Assembly: GCF_006345805.1 (NCBI RefSeq)
Contig: NC_042998.1
Location: forward strand, 167,834,001-167,898,000
Direction: 5' to 3'
Length of the DNA: 64,000 bases
DNA from: Octopus sinensis
Taxonomy: Eukaryota
The number at the start of each line of letters is the position of its first letter. Positions within the stretch are counted from its first letter, which is position 1. The translations under genes and the position numbers were made by a program. The notes under the pieces were generated by a model, which saw only the letters and a program-made list of their open reading frames with translations, ran no database searches and was not told the origin of the DNA. Shown here one piece after another: positions 27,275-41,915 of the stretch.

Positions 27275-28696
27275 TATGTGTGTGTGTTTGTGTGTATGTA
27301 TACACATATATTATTGTGTGTGTGAGTATGTATATATATATATATAATATATATATGTATGTATGTATCATATATATATATGTGTACTATATATATATAT
27401 ATATATATGATAATACATATATATATACATACTCACACACAATAATATATGTGTATACATACACACAAACACACACACACACATATATGTATACATATAT
27501 AATCATATATGTACACATATATGTATGTGTGTGTGTGCATATTTTCAAAGCAGATTCAAAATACAACCACCTACTCAGAATGAACTATGTGCAAGTGGCT
27601 GAGTATTTCACAGGTACTTGTACTCTTAAATGAAACTCTTGATAGAATCAATGTACCGAAATGCAGATCAAAGGTTGCTTTTTGAATAACAGGTACAATC
27701 CATCAGACAGGCTTCCAAACAATCATGCTGGGGTACCGCTTTGAAGAATTTTTAGTCGAATAAATCGACTCATAATTTTTTTTAAAGCGTGATACTTATT
27801 CTATAGCCAAACTGCTAAGTTACGGTGAGGTGAACACACCAACACTGGTTGTCAAGCTGTAGTGGAAAGCAGAGACAGAAAGACACACACATACACACAC
27901 ATCTATATGTATGTTTGAATGTGCACGCGCGCGTGTGTGTGTGTGTACGGTGATGTTTCAATTTCCGTCATCCAAACCAAAGACATTTGCCCAAATGCTG
28001 CAGTGGAGCTGAATCCGGAACTATGTAGCTAGGAGCAAATCTCTTACCTCAAAGCCAAGCCTGCTTTTTTTTAAACTTCTACAATAGAAAAAAAAAAAGA
28101 AAATAGGAAACGTTATCTCCGAACGAATTCTAATCGTTGATTTTGTATACAGCTGTTTCAAGATTTGGTAAGAATTCTACTCGCAAAAGTAAGTAACTGA
28201 AAAGTTTTTGTATAAATGTAATTGTTTTGAAAATTTTGTTCACAGAATAAAAAAAATGCAGATTGTAATTACCATAGGTGACCGCAGAGAGAAGAAAATG
28301 TGAGCATTAATTTATATATAGTTAAGCGATATTATATGAGACTACATGCATATTTTCACATAGATACGATGTTATATGAGACTATATACATATTCACAAA
28401 CATACAAGCATAGACAAGACTAGACAAGATAGTATTTAAAAAACGGAAAGAAATAATGAATAAGGTGTTATTTTGTGGCTTTACTGAAAGAAGAAAAAAT
28501 GTCGACGTTTCTGTTGTTAGTTCTTCTTCTTTTCAAAGAAAAAGATATGCATGGTATGAGTCATGTTATTTACCAGGAAGTTTGTTACTATTTCAAAGGA
28601 AAAACTACTAAATTACATAAAATGCAAGTCTGTTTTGTAAATTGTAGGTATAATAGCGCGTGAGTATGTGTGAGTGTGTGTGTGAGTGAGTGAGTG

Positions 28697-28756
<60 letters not shown>

Positions 28757-29188
28757 TGTGTCTGTCTAAACAAATATGATTTGTCTAATACGCATTTGAA
28801 CGAAAATAACTTCCCACATTCATTGAATTTTCTGCTATTATAATGATAATATTAATACAAAATAAGACACATAAATGGAATCAGTGAGTTGTAGATTATG
28901 AATTTCTTTTTGACTACAATATAATTATAGTCAAAAATGTATTCACAGCACTGATTCGTGGGTGTATTAATGCACTTTAAATGAGAACAGCCTTCCATAG
29001 CGAGTGAGGCAGAAAAATTATAATAATTGTAAAAGGGATAGTTGTTTATAATTCATGTAGCTTATTTTTACTTTGGAAATATAACACCGTAAATCAAGAC
29101 TTGGGGAAAAGTAAGGAAAAGTTTCAGTGAGATCAAATTCCATCTAAATGCGATCAAGTCTCGTTCATTTTTTTTTTTTTGTATACAG

Positions 29189-29302
29189 ATTGCTAATGTA
29201 GACGAGACTACAAAAAGAATTTCTACAAGGGCAGAGAAGGCCATTACTCAACCAATTGCCACTGATAAAGAAAGAGCTGAAATATCAAATAAAATCAAGT
29301 GA
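29189..29302 (+). CDS. Candidate exon (IANVDETTKRISTRAEKAITQPIATDKERAEISNKIK)
   Basis: A 13-T tract then gtatacAG; only frame 0 is open. Ends in TGA or at a weak GTGATT donor. Confidence 0.3.
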   Translation: MANVDETTKRISTRAEKAITQPIATDKERAEISNKIK

Positions 29303-30029
29303 TTCTGCCGCATCAAATCGTCGACCAGGGTATCGGAAGAAATACTTAGTAGAGTTTGTTCTTGGTGTTTTACGTTCTGAGTTCAAATCATGCCGAGTTC
29401 AAGTCTACCTTTGATCTTTTTGAAGTACCAGTCAAATACTAAGATCGATAGTATCGATTATCCCCTTCCCGTCAAAAACTGCTAACCTATATCAGAAATC
29501 ATCATTTGGCTATGGTTTGGAATATTAGTAAGAGAGGCACCTACTTCGCCGAGGTTAATAATCTATAAAACAAGGCGAGCAAACAATTCTGAAAGAACTT
29601 CCCAAAGAAATTTTTATGTCAGTAATGAAACATGAACTTGAAAATAGTGAAGAACACTTGTGTGACTAGTTAGTTTACAGCAAAAACAAAATGGCGTTTT
29701 ATTGGGGAGGACCTCTGTTTCCCGTATCATCTGATAGCAAACTTCCATATCAACGTTGTTCGCTCTTTTTACTTTCCAGGGGTAAATTATAGGTGGACGA
29801 GATTCACAGAAAAGTTATCCGAACATGGTATTAGTGTTCATCACAAACTATCTTATGACAAATGATGAAACTTGGAATTATGATTATCGTATAAACCATC
29901 TGCTGATGGGTAAACGTCACAAATGAACATGGATCATACTTTGATCAAATAAATCAGTTTTCTAACACATCTGAAACATTTTATTGTTACCTTTGAAATA
30001 CGATATTTCATGCGTGACAACCTAATACA

Positions 30030-30065
<36 letters not shown>

Positions 30066-30148
30066 TGCATATATGTATATGTATATATATGTGTGTGTAT
30101 TTACTTTTTTCAGTCATTTGACTGCATCCATATTGGACCACAGCCTTT

Positions 30149-30191
<43 letters not shown>

Positions 30192-30619
30192 GTATATGTA
30201 TCATATGCACGATGGGTTTCCTATCATATGCACGATGCAGTTTCCTTCTACCAAATTCATTCATAAGGCATTAGTCGGCACGGGACTATAGCAGAAGATA
30301 CTTGCCCAGGTGCCTCTTACTGGGACTGAACTGGAAACCAGTGGTTGTAAAGCGAAAATTTTAACCATATAACCATGCCTGCGCAGCATGAAGTTATTCT
30401 GTCGTTCTAACCCATTTGCTGCATTTTCTCAATGTGCCTGTCTTTCTTGTCTCTTAATATGGTGTTAGTGAAGCTAAAAGTTAAAAATGAAGTTACTTCT
30501 TAATTGGGATTTATTCAAAATTTCTATTTCATATCTAGTAGTAGCCCATCAACGTCGACAAATTTTATTTTTGTTATTCGAAAGATTACAAAAAAATAAA
30601 TTCACCTGTAATTAATATA

Positions 30620-30871
30620 ATACGCCCTTTTGAAGACTAGCTCGACTCCTGGGCCCGGTTTCCCGGTTTCTATGGAGTATGTGTTCCCCAGCTGGACGGG
30701 ACGCCAGTCCATCGCAGCGTTAATCATTTTTTTACCAGCTGAGTGGGCTGGAGCAACGTGAAATGAAGAGTTTTGCTCGAGAACACAACGTGTCGCCCGG
30801 TTCAGGAATCGAAACCACAATCTTACGATTATGGTGCTGACACCTTAAACACTAAGCCACGAGGCTCCACA
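30620..30871 (-). mobile_element. SINE family C, second copy
   Basis: Reverse-complement homolog of 625-874, with TSD taattaatata. Confidence 0.85.
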
Positions 30872-31479
30872 TAATTAATATAGTAAATGTAATATTTTTG
30901 ATTAGGTTAAGTAAAACGTTTTATAATGTTTTGATTTGATGATACTATAACATTTTATATATATATTACCACGTTTGTGTATGTGTGAGTGTCTATGTTT
31001 GTTTGTGTGATTTTAGTCACTAAAGCCAACCATTGTGTTTCCATAAGGATGCTTATTGTGTTCCCAATGAATTTTGTGCGACTGAACAAAGTCATAAAAC
31101 TGATTCATAAAAATATTTGCAACGATATAAAACCAAATAAACTTACGTAAAAGTTTTTGAACGACTCATTGTTGGTCTGATGATATTCAGAAACGAATGA
31201 CGCATATATTTAAATATCAAAAATAGCAATTATTTTTTCATAGACATCCCACATGTATCATGGCTCTGTCGTATGATGTTTGCTTCCCAATCACACGGTT
31301 TCGAGTTCAGTATCTCTGCGTGGCACCTTGTGTGGGTGTCTTTTATAATAGCCCAGAATAACCAGAGTCTTGTGAGCGAGTGAAATTGCTAGACGGAAAC
31401 TGAAAGAAGCCCACTCCCCGAGTTTATACACACACACACACAAACACATGGAAAATTATAACTGTCATTAAATGTGACT

Positions 31480-31584
31480 AGGGTGTTAGAACACCTGCAT
31501 TGTTAGAAATAGTACTAAAAAGTATTGATGCTGTAGTTAAAGCGCATATTTGTATGTGTATGTCTATATATATATATATATATA

Positions 31585-31620
<36 letters not shown>

Positions 31621-31740
31621 TGGCGGACAGGCTAGATATTCTAATTGAGACACTTTTCATTAGGTTGTCTAATATATTTTTGGGGTGCTTAGAATTAATG
31701 TCTATATATCTAAGGGATTCATTTGGTTTATGGTACATAT
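31480..31740 (-). pseudogene. Penelope-like RT thumb fragment, split by (TA)n
   Basis: YHKPNESLRYIDINSKHPKNILDNLMKSVSIRISSLS resembles the PLE motif Y.KP.....Y....S.HP..I......IS.R.S.LS. Confidence 0.7.
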
Positions 31741-32139
31741 ATACGTGTATATTGTAAGTGCGTGTCCTTGTCCCCCCACTACTTGATAACTAGTGTTTGT
31801 TTACGTCCCCATAACTTATCGGTTCGACGGACAAGATCGACAAAATAACTACCAGATCAAAAAAAAAAAGAAGAAAGAAATAGAAGACAATAGATAAGTA
31901 TCGGGGTCAGATTGTTCGACTAAGCCAGTTAGAATGGTGTCCCATCGTGGTCGCAGTCCGATGACTGAAGCAAGAAACCAATAGAATAAGTACTAGGCTT
32001 ACTAAGAAGTACTGGGGTCGATTTGTTCGACTAAATGCGGTGCTCCAGCATGGTGGAAGTCAAATAACTGAAACAAGTAAAATAAAAAAAGAATATATAG
32101 ATAGATATGTATGTATATATATATATATAAATATAAATA

Positions 32140-32224
<85 letters not shown>

Positions 32225-32225
32225 G

Positions 32226-32276
<51 letters not shown>

Positions 32277-32289
32277 GTCTGTCTGAATG

Positions 32290-32376
<87 letters not shown>

Positions 32377-32410
32377 ATTATATATATATAATATATATAT
32401 ATATATCAGA
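32140..32410. repeat. (TCTA)n/(TA)n microsatellite, representative of dozens of TA, CA, TACA, TCTA and GACA tracts
   Basis: Direct reading. Confidence 0.95.
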
Positions 32411-32804
32411 TGTACTTGCCTAGCAAGTGCTTTGAACTGAGACCGTGTGTTGAAATTGAAACAATTACTTATGGAAGACACACTTTACCCATTCAAAAAC
32501 ACAAAGACTGTCAACTTCACTTAAACCTTTGTTATTTGGTGTCCACTGAGTTGCAGTAGAACCGTGTCAGTGACCATGTCGCAATTGGTGCGAAGAAAAT
32601 TTTGATACTAAATGTGTTAGTAACGTTAACAGTCTTTGTGGCTTATATGTGTCTTCCAAACTACAATGGCTAGGTATTAATACATACATACATACATACA
32701 TACATACATACATACATACATACATACATACATACATTCATACACACATACATACATACATACATACATACATACATACATACATACATACATACATACA
32801 TACA

Positions 32805-32835
<31 letters not shown>

Positions 32836-33362
32836 CATTTAAGTATATATGATCTTCCCTAGGTATACAAAATATAGACATGAGGATACATACATAAAAC
32901 AAAAGCATACGAATCTGCATGTATACATACATATATACATATAAAAATACCCTGCTGATGTTGTTGAAATTCCGATGAAGGAACCTTGGATCTGGGTTAG
33001 AAACCGGCTCATTCTCTATTAGCTAGAAATCTTGAAATAAAACTGAATAATGGCATACATACATATATACATACATATTTATTTCATCATGCAACAATAG
33101 TATAATACTCAGTATATTAAAGTTTTTTTATTTGTGAATACTGTATATTACTGTGTTAACAGTGCTCTTAAATCAGGTGAAAAGGTCATCTCTATAGATC
33201 TTCCTTAGAAATCATATCCAGCACTGACTTTGTTACAAGTCATTAATATTTACGTACCAGTTCCAGGAATGTGATAAATATGTAAATTGGTATATCCAAT
33301 AACTTTACACCGCGACATGCAGTAACTAATTAAGCAATGAGTTCGGCGATGATTAATGATTT

Positions 33363-33419
33363 GGTTGGATGCTGATGAAGGAGCAAAACTCCTGAAATAT
33401 GGCATATACGTCGATAACC
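33363..33419 (+). ncRNA. Type I hammerhead ribozyme motif (third family)
   Basis: GGTT-G-GATG-CTGATGA-AGGAG-CAAAA-CTCCT-GAAA-TATG-G-CATAT-A|CGTC-GAT-AACC. Intact core, 5-bp stem II, near-palindromic stem III, AUA triplet. Confidence 0.7.
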
Positions 33420-33559
33420 CATTTTTCATTTTCGATCTTATAGTTGTTTGTATCAGGAGTCTCGGATACGAAACGTCGGCTATAATTTCTATGGAAAATC
33501 TGTAGAGATGATCTTAACATGTGATACACATACACACACACACATATTATTTTATTTAT

Positions 33560-34380
33560 TTTCTTTTCTTATCGGTTTCAGCTCAAAGCTAGGGCCATGC
33601 TGAGGCACCGCCGTTTTGCTACACATGTTATTGAGAGCCTACGCTGATATGTGGCATTTGGTGAATAAGGAAGTTTGATGTCACAGCACTCATTTGCGCC
33701 TCCCTGACGCAAGACAGGTTCATCTGGGACTCTCGACAGGTAGCGATTCAGTTTCGCTTTGAAAACACCTACATCCACTTTGTGTAGGTCCCTTAGGCCC
33801 TGTGGGAGGATATCAAAAAGCTGTGGGCCCTTGAAATCCAGGCTGTTGCAGTAACTGGTCCCGAAGCGCGACGGTATTGTTAGGAACTTTGGCACTGTGA
33901 AGTAGCGACCCATTCTGGCATTTGTGTAACTTTCAATGCCAAAATTTTGCACAATCTTTTGCAGGATCTTCCAGATGTATATTAGTGCATATCTTTCGCG
34001 CCTTCGCTCCAGGGGATAGATTCTTAGCTGTTTCCTTTCCCAGTAGCTGAGCTGTTGCAATGAGACGATCTTGTTTGTGACGCTTTGCTGGATTGCACCA
34101 AGGTCTGCTGTTAATTTTACACTGTGGGATGACCATAGTTGGGAGTAGTAGTTCAGGTGGCTGAGGACCATCATGGTTTCCCTTTCTCTGGTTTCGAAGG
34201 TTCTCAGGATCCAGCCAGCCGTCAACACTTTGTCGCCATCTTGGTAATGTGCACTTGGAAAGAGGTATCATCACTCATGTCGATATCCAGGTCACGCACT
34301 GACTTAGGTTTGGGGATTGTAATCCCCGCTGGGCCAGTGTACTCTGTAAGGCTTTCGTTCAGTTTCAGCCATTAGCCATG
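33560..34380 (-). mobile_element. CR1-like LINE 3' fragment (ORF2 C-terminus, pseudogenised)
   Basis: LNYYSQLWS...LSYWER.LR.YPLERRRERYALIYIWKIL...NSLDFKGPQLFDILP...FKAKLNRYLSRVPDEP. Confidence 0.85.
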
Positions 34381-34749
34381 CGGCTGCACTTCATATTAAT
34401 AACAGTTCTCCTGGGGCTACAAGCTACAGTAGCATCCACCCTTAGTGGTTAGCCACATTTAAGTGGCAAATATACTTCACATTGTCGTGCGGCTACTGTT
34501 TATACCTCGTTCAGAGATTTATTATTAATAACAACCTCTAAGATGTAATCAGTTTTGTTGTAAATTAATTTTTAATAAAAATTCCTAATTGCAGATATAT
34601 GTAATCGGTTCCAAATGTCAACATTTCTCTGGTTCTAATCAGATTCAATCTATCCCTATCCATGTAGAATTCCTAAAATGTTGCGACGCAAATCAAATTA
34701 CCATTAGGTAAATTACTATACTTCATCTCTCATCTCATGTCATCTCATT

Positions 34750-34807
<58 letters not shown>

Positions 34808-35251
34808 ACCTCTCCTTAAATATATATATATATATATCAGGCTGAGTAAAAATTAAGCAACGTTTTGAACCATGAAGAATTTGTGCCGGATTTTTGCAGA
34901 GTTTTGAATTTTTGTTAAACATTTTTTTGCAGTTGCCTGATAATATAGACATAGACTCGCTCAAATCCATCAATAAATTAACATTGATTTTTTTCACCGT
35001 TGTTACAATCATCGCAGATCGAGTTATTCGTGAATTTTGTTCGTGTGAATGGTTAGTCAAAGTTGTATTTGTTATTAACTGTTGTGTCTTAAGACACTTG
35101 TTTTTGCTGCTATACGACAGTTTTGTTAACGCTGTCCCCCTTGTTTGAAGTGGGAAGCGCAGTTAAAATGGGAAGAATTAGCTACACTGACCTGTCATTG
35201 TATGAGGAAGAGCTGGTGAGATGTATAGACGAAATAGATATATATATATAT

Positions 35252-35358
<107 letters not shown>

Positions 35359-35399
35359 AAGGAGGAGTTTCACAGAGGTAGTGAGACGGCAGTCTGAAG

Positions 35400-36350
35400 A
35401 TATGCATTTGGAGGGAATTGAAAGATTCCAAGAAATGATGAAAAGGTGGGGGAACAATGTCAAGGTATCCCCTCTCGGGGAAACTACCAAAGGGACAGCC
35501 AAAGAATGGTGCTGTATATAATATACAACATAAGACTGCATCGCATAGAGGTGGCTATGAGAGCTGAAGTGGAGAGGTCTCTGCAGCCCATTTAGAAAGT
35601 GGTGGATTACCTAGCTAGAGGGAGAAAGTTCGCAACTGTGGAGGTGCGGTTTGCATCCGAGGCTGTAGCCAGGCAGCATGCCGTTACTCCCTCAAGACGG
35701 AAGCGGTGGACCTTCTAACCATTTTCCTGGGAAGACGTGCTTCTCGGGTAAGGGTAGATGAGATCCCTCCTGAGGTGGATGTTGCCTGGCTGGTAGCCGC
35801 CATCCTACTTGGTATGGAGGACAAGATTGTAGTCCTCCAGGCAAAAAGAGTGCCGACAAGAAACTGGCAAAGCCTGGAAATGGTGATCCAGGCTGCTCTG
35901 CAGGATCTAGAAAGTATGGGGGGGGGGACCATCCATCACGGTCGACGGAGACATCAAGTTCAGAGTCATGGTGAAGGGCAGGACGCCCAGGTGTTTTAAG
36001 TGTGGGGAAAAGGCCACATTAAGGCAGAATGCCCTTCACCCAGTGCAAAGGAACCAAAAGAATAAGTCGCACCTCAACCTCTGGCGAAGTTGTCTACAAG
36101 TGAGGAGCCTGGGAAGGAAGACGAGCAGGAATGGACACAAGTTAAAGAAGGAGGAAAACAAAAAAAAGGTCTCAGGAAAAAATGTGAATCCCTATCGATC
36201 CCATGATGTCACACCCATCCTGCAATCACCAACACTCCCCTGCAGTCAACAACCCTCTCCCTGAGGTAACCAACCCTCTCTCTGCCCTTCCTGACACAGA
36301 CAATAACACAAACAGACAGGTGCCCAAAACTCTCCAACCCCCACTCCAAA
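35400..36350 (+). pseudogene. Gag/ORF1-like retroelement remnant with a CCHC zinc knuckle (probably L1/Tx1-type)
   Basis: DYLARGRKFATVEVRF...LGRRASRVRV... followed by RCFKCGEK[fs]HIKAEC (CX2CX4HX4C broken by a 1-nt deletion). Confidence 0.7.
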
Positions 36351-36740
36351 AGAGTGTTTTGATTTGATGGAAAACTGTGTAACAGAAACATTGGACAAGT
36401 AAGTTGCCACCTAAGTTAAAGTATCTTAATTATAAGTAAAAAAAAGTCAAATAGGTGTAAATGAAGTCACTCGGATGTGGGTCGAATGCTTATTTTTACC
36501 GAACTCATAAGTTACGGGGATGCAAACACACCAACACCGGTTTCAAACGGTGGTGATGGGGGCACTAACTCTGAAAGAAAGACGCGCGCGCACACACAGA
36601 CACCATTCTATTTTATTATTCAGTTTTTCATTGTTCCCATTCGTTTGTCCTTTTCTCGTTGCCGCTTATGTGTTTGTATTTGCCTTTCTGTGTTTAGCCG
36701 CTTGTGGATAATAAAAAAATTGCTGTTGCAATCATCTGAA

Positions 36741-37472
36741 ATGGAACTGTCAAAGCACGATATTCGAGCAATTTTGATATTCAACTTCAAAAATGGATAT
36801 AATGCAGCTGAAATCGCTCGCGTTATCAGCGAAACATTGGGTGAGAAAATGACAAGTGAGTGGTAGGCTCGAGAATGGTTTAAATGATTTCACAGTGGAG
36901 ACCTGATTCTTGAAGTTCGTGAGCGTAGCGGTCGCCCATCTGTCATCGATGACGGTCAACTAAAGACCGTCATTGAGAAAGATCCACGTAAAATCACTCG
37001 AGAATTGTCAAAAGAATTTCAAGTTAATCAGAAAACTGCCTGCCACTATTTGCATGCGAATGGAAAATCAAAAAAGCTCGACAAATGGGTACCACACGAT
37101 TTTGAATGAAAATCAGAAAATGCACTGATATGAAATTTGATCGTCGCTTCTTCTCCGCCACCAGACCGATCCATTTCTCGACTGTATTGTAACTTGCGAT
37201 GAAAAGTGGATTTTGTACAATAACAAAAAAAAAACAAACCTTCTTCGCAGTGGCTGAACCAAAATAAAATACTGAAAACCTTCCCTAAACCCGAGCTCTT
37301 CAAAAAGAAGGCTATAGTAACTGTTTGGTGGTGTAATGCTGGACTCAACCACTATAACTTCTTAAAACCCAGAAAAACTATTACTGCAGTTCCATAAAAT
37401 TGCTAAAATGAACGTAAAATTGTTACTCCTCCGTCCTAGACTGGTCAACAGAAAAGGGCCAATCATTCTTCA
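36741..37472 (+). pseudogene. Second mariner transposase, 3'-truncated at (TA)n
   Basis: MELSKHDIRAILIFNFKNGYNAAEIAR...RSGRPS...KKLDKWVPH...FLDCIVTCDEKWILY-like motifs, with stops. Confidence 0.85.
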
Positions 37473-37496
37473 TATATATATATATATTATATATAT

Positions 37497-37541
<45 letters not shown>

Positions 37542-38284
37542 GTGTGTAAGCATACGATAATGCCAAGAATTTTCTATGTGTGAGAATGTGTAGAAACATA
37601 TACATGAATACGCACATAGTCGTATCCAGCGAAAATATTCCAATAACCTATACGACAAGCCTTATATCTTTACATCGAATCATGAAATCATATATATATA
37701 AGTATGCATTTGGCACCATGCACATTCACACATACGCGTACACAGACATTAAAATTTTTACTAATAACGGCAAAATGTTTGACATTTTGAAGAAGCGGGG
37801 GCTAGTCGATTACATTAATCATAGTGCTTGAGTGGTATTTTCTTTTACCGATCCCCAAAGAATACAAACCAAATTTGACCTCGGCGAGATCTGAGCTCAG
37901 AACGTGAAAGAGCTGGAAGGAACGCTGTTGAGCATTTGTCCCGACACGAAAGTGACTATACCAGCTAGCAATTCTACATAAACATATAAACATAGGGGAA
38001 GTGTAAAATATTTTAAAAGAAGCGAAATAGAGTGTTAGATTGATGAACATCAAGATAACGGTATGATAGGGATTTATTTATACTCATAATCAGGTCATCT
38101 AAAAATTACATATTTCAAGTGCCATCAGGGTATCAGAATATTCTATTTTTCATGCAATTTATTTACCATCACGTCTCGTTTTTTATCCACTTTCACATTA
38201 ATTATCTCTCATTCTCTTTGTGCCTTCCTGGCTATCTCATTTGCGCTTTGCTGTCTATTCGTTCTCTTAGGTTACGTACCTACG

Positions 38285-38385
<101 letters not shown>

Positions 38386-41282
38386 ATCCATCTATCTATC
38401 TATCTATCTATCTACCATCTATCTGGTGCCTGTCTCACAACACACACACTCACACACATACACACACACATAGCGCACAAACACACTAACATGCACATAT
38501 ATACACATGTACATGCACTCACCCCTACCCCATATGTTTGTGTATTCGTGTGTGTGTGTGTGTGCGCGCGCGGACGTGTATGTGCCTACACACACATTCA
38601 CACAAACACGTACTCGCGCATTTATAAATAGTTGTGGTGGAGTTTTTGTAACTGATTTAATTGGAATTTGTATGCTGCGATTAAAATGCATCGCCCTTTG
38701 CACTTAACTTTGTGTATGTATAGGTGCACACACGTGTATGTAGGTATGTATGCAAGTTTAAATATACACATATGTGAAGGCGTGTGGCCAAACGTTTAGA
38801 GGAGATGAGACACCTTATTCCTGGTTGATCCAATTTTATCACCTGAAAATGAGTTTTCTCTGGTACAGTTCGGCTGCACCCAGACTAGTAGCATGTTTAA
38901 ATGGCAAGTAAATTTGATGTCTGTGGCACACTATGTAAGCATATGTATTTCTTTACTACCCACAAGGGGCTAAACATAGAGGGGACAAACAAGGACAGAC
39001 AAAGGGATTAAGTCGATTACATCGACCCCAGTGCGTAACTGGTACTTTATTTATCGACCTCGAAAGGATGAAAGGCAAAGTCGACCTTGGCGGAATTTGA
39101 ACTCAGAACGTAACGACAGACGAAATACCGCTAAGCATTTTGCCTGGCGCGCTAACGTTTCTGCCAGCTCGCCGCTTACACTATGTAAGCATATATATAC
39201 ATACGAGGAGTAATAAGGAGTTTCTGGCTTAAAGGATGTTGCGAAAGGCCTGGCTGGTGGTCCAGCCTTCCGAGTTCTTTTACAGGGCTGAGAAAAACTG
39301 AAGGACTGAAGTTGACAAATTTATTTGTTGCTACCTCGAGGATATGAAACACTACCGTATCTCATTAATTTCTCCCATTTCAATTTTTCCATGAAGAGGG
39401 ACACCGTTTAAAACGTTAAATTTTCCACTCCTCACGGCAAGTATACTGTACGTATTTTATCGACTTAACTACATAAGTCTTGATGATGGCAGACCAACAC
39501 CAGCCTCTTTTGTGTCAGTTTGATCATATATATATATATATATATATATATGGGAGAAAGAGAGAGAGAGAGAGAGCGAAAGAGCTCTAGTAATGGAGAT
39601 GAACGGAGTTCAGGTTGATATAAACATATTTACATGGAACACAAAAAAAAGTCATAGAATAAAATATGTAATTTGAAAACTCGACAGCTATTTCAGGAAG
39701 CCCAGGGTTACGTATTAATCGTAATAATTTGAATTGCAAATGAAATGTGCAAAAAAAGTCATAGGTATATAACCAGTAACCAGTTAAAGATATTGCTATA
39801 AGTCCGGCTTCCCTTGATAAATTTATTATCATCGACTTCGGCATCGTTTTCATCATCATCATCATCATCATCATTGTCGTCATCATCATCTTCACCATAT
39901 TCAAGTAAGTGTTTCAGCCTGATCCGGTCACTCTAAAGCAGCTGGATTCGCCTAGATCAGGACTTCTAGGTATCGTGCTGCTGTTTTTGAAATGCTACCT
40001 TTAATGACGATTGAACTCAGATCACTTTTGAGTGATCTTATTACCCTGAGCTGCGGTGTATATCATTTGATTACAAAGACCAACGAGAGAATCTGGCCTG
40101 CGGATCTATTTCAAACAGGGTTTCACTCCTATTATTTATTCTCTGTTTAGTGGTTTATATTACCTCTTTTGAGCTTTAGCTATCCATTCTCTTTGTAATA
40201 TATTACGTTCACTAACGCGACGAGCTGGCAGAATCGTTAACAGGCCGGGGAAAATGCTTAGCAACATTTCAACTGTCTTTATATTCTGAGTTCAAATTCT
40301 GCCGAGATCGACTTTATCTTTAATTCATTTTGGGATCGATAAAATAAGTATCAGTTAAGGACTGGGGTCTATATGATTGACCTACCCCATCTCTGGAATT
40401 GCCAGCTTTGTACCAAAATTTGAAAGCAATATACATTAAGGTGGCGAGCTGGCAGAATCGTTACCGCGTCGGGCAAAATGCTTACCAACATTTCGTCCTT
40501 CTTCACGTTGTGAGTTCAAATACCACGAGGGTCGACTTCCCATTTCATCCTTTCGGGGTCGATGAAATGAGTACCATTTGAACACTGGGTCAATGTAATG
40601 GATTGCCACCCTCCCTACAATTGCTGGTCTCCTACTAAATTTCATCATGTTCATTTACATTCAAATCCACCACCGGTCCGCTCTACCGTTCATTATTCCA
40701 TCGCTGATAGCTTATATATACATATGGGGGATTAATGTAGCTAATTAACATTTGATGGTAGTCCAAAGTCTGGCCACGATCTGATGACTCAAACGAGTAA
40801 AAGAATGTATGATATAAATACAATATAAACAGAGACGAAAACAATAGACTCTGATAATAGGTTAAATAAAATACTTGGTGGCGAAGTTTCGTAACTAAGA
40901 TAATATTGTAACCAATCGTGTGTGTATGATTGTGTGTGTGCATGTGCATGTGTGTGTCTATGTGTGGTGTGTGTGTGCGTACGTGTGTGTGTGTGTCAGT
41001 TGTGTGTGTGTGTGTCAGTTTGTGTGTGTGTACACGCGTGTGTGCCTAAAAAGAATGCAGAAAAGAACAAAAATAGAAAGAGAGAGAAAATAATGATTAC
41101 ACACACACAAACACACACACATACACTCACACACACATATCTATACATCTATATACATATATACATATATATATATGCATTCATACATACATATATACAT
41201 ACACACACATACATACACACATACATACATACATACATACATACATACATACATACATACTTACATACACACACACACAAAC

Positions 41283-41352
<70 letters not shown>

Positions 41353-41866
41353 GTTTGTCGAAGATAAAAGAACGTTAGTAACTTGCCATCTTTGGACACG
41401 TCATACCATTGATATTTTATCAAAATCTTAATTTCATTATCAGCAGATTAGCTACTTTTCGACTTTTGTCTTTACTTTCGTTCATACAACACACACACAT
41501 ACACACATACACACACACATACACGCACACACACACACACAAACACACACATTTTTACATTCACACACATATAAGATGCTAATGTTACATTTGTAATTAT
41601 TTTGCTGTTATGAGTTTTATCTCTATTGTTGTTGTTGTTGCTGTTGCTGTTAAATGTGGAAATTACTAACACTTTAAGAGCACTAACATGCCTGATCCCG
41701 TTTACTTTATAAGCAAATGTCTTCTTATCTTAAATTTGTTCATACATGTTTGTGTGTGTGTGTGTTGTGTGTGTGTGTGTATGTGTAAACATGTATGTAT
41801 GTGTACATGAGTGTTTATATGCATGTGTATGTGCGTGTCTGTGTGTTATATATGTGTGTCTGCGTG

Positions 41867-41902
<36 letters not shown>

Positions 41903-41915
41903 TTATCTATATATA

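Noticed and set aside
29500-29930. Coding-looking stretch (MAFYWGGPLFP..., VNYRWTRFTEKLSEHG)
   Set aside because: The frames are short and end in stops, splice phases do not join to the 29189 candidate, and no family was recognised.
32965-33016. CCGATGA-AGG-AACC/GGTT-GAAACCGGCTC hammerhead-like string
   Set aside because: The core has U4>C, stem III lacks a properly placed UH, and stem I pairs poorly.
40775-40810. CTGATGA-CTC-AAAC-GAG motif
   Set aside because: TAAAA follows instead of GAAA, and the context aligns with the decayed tail of SINE family A.
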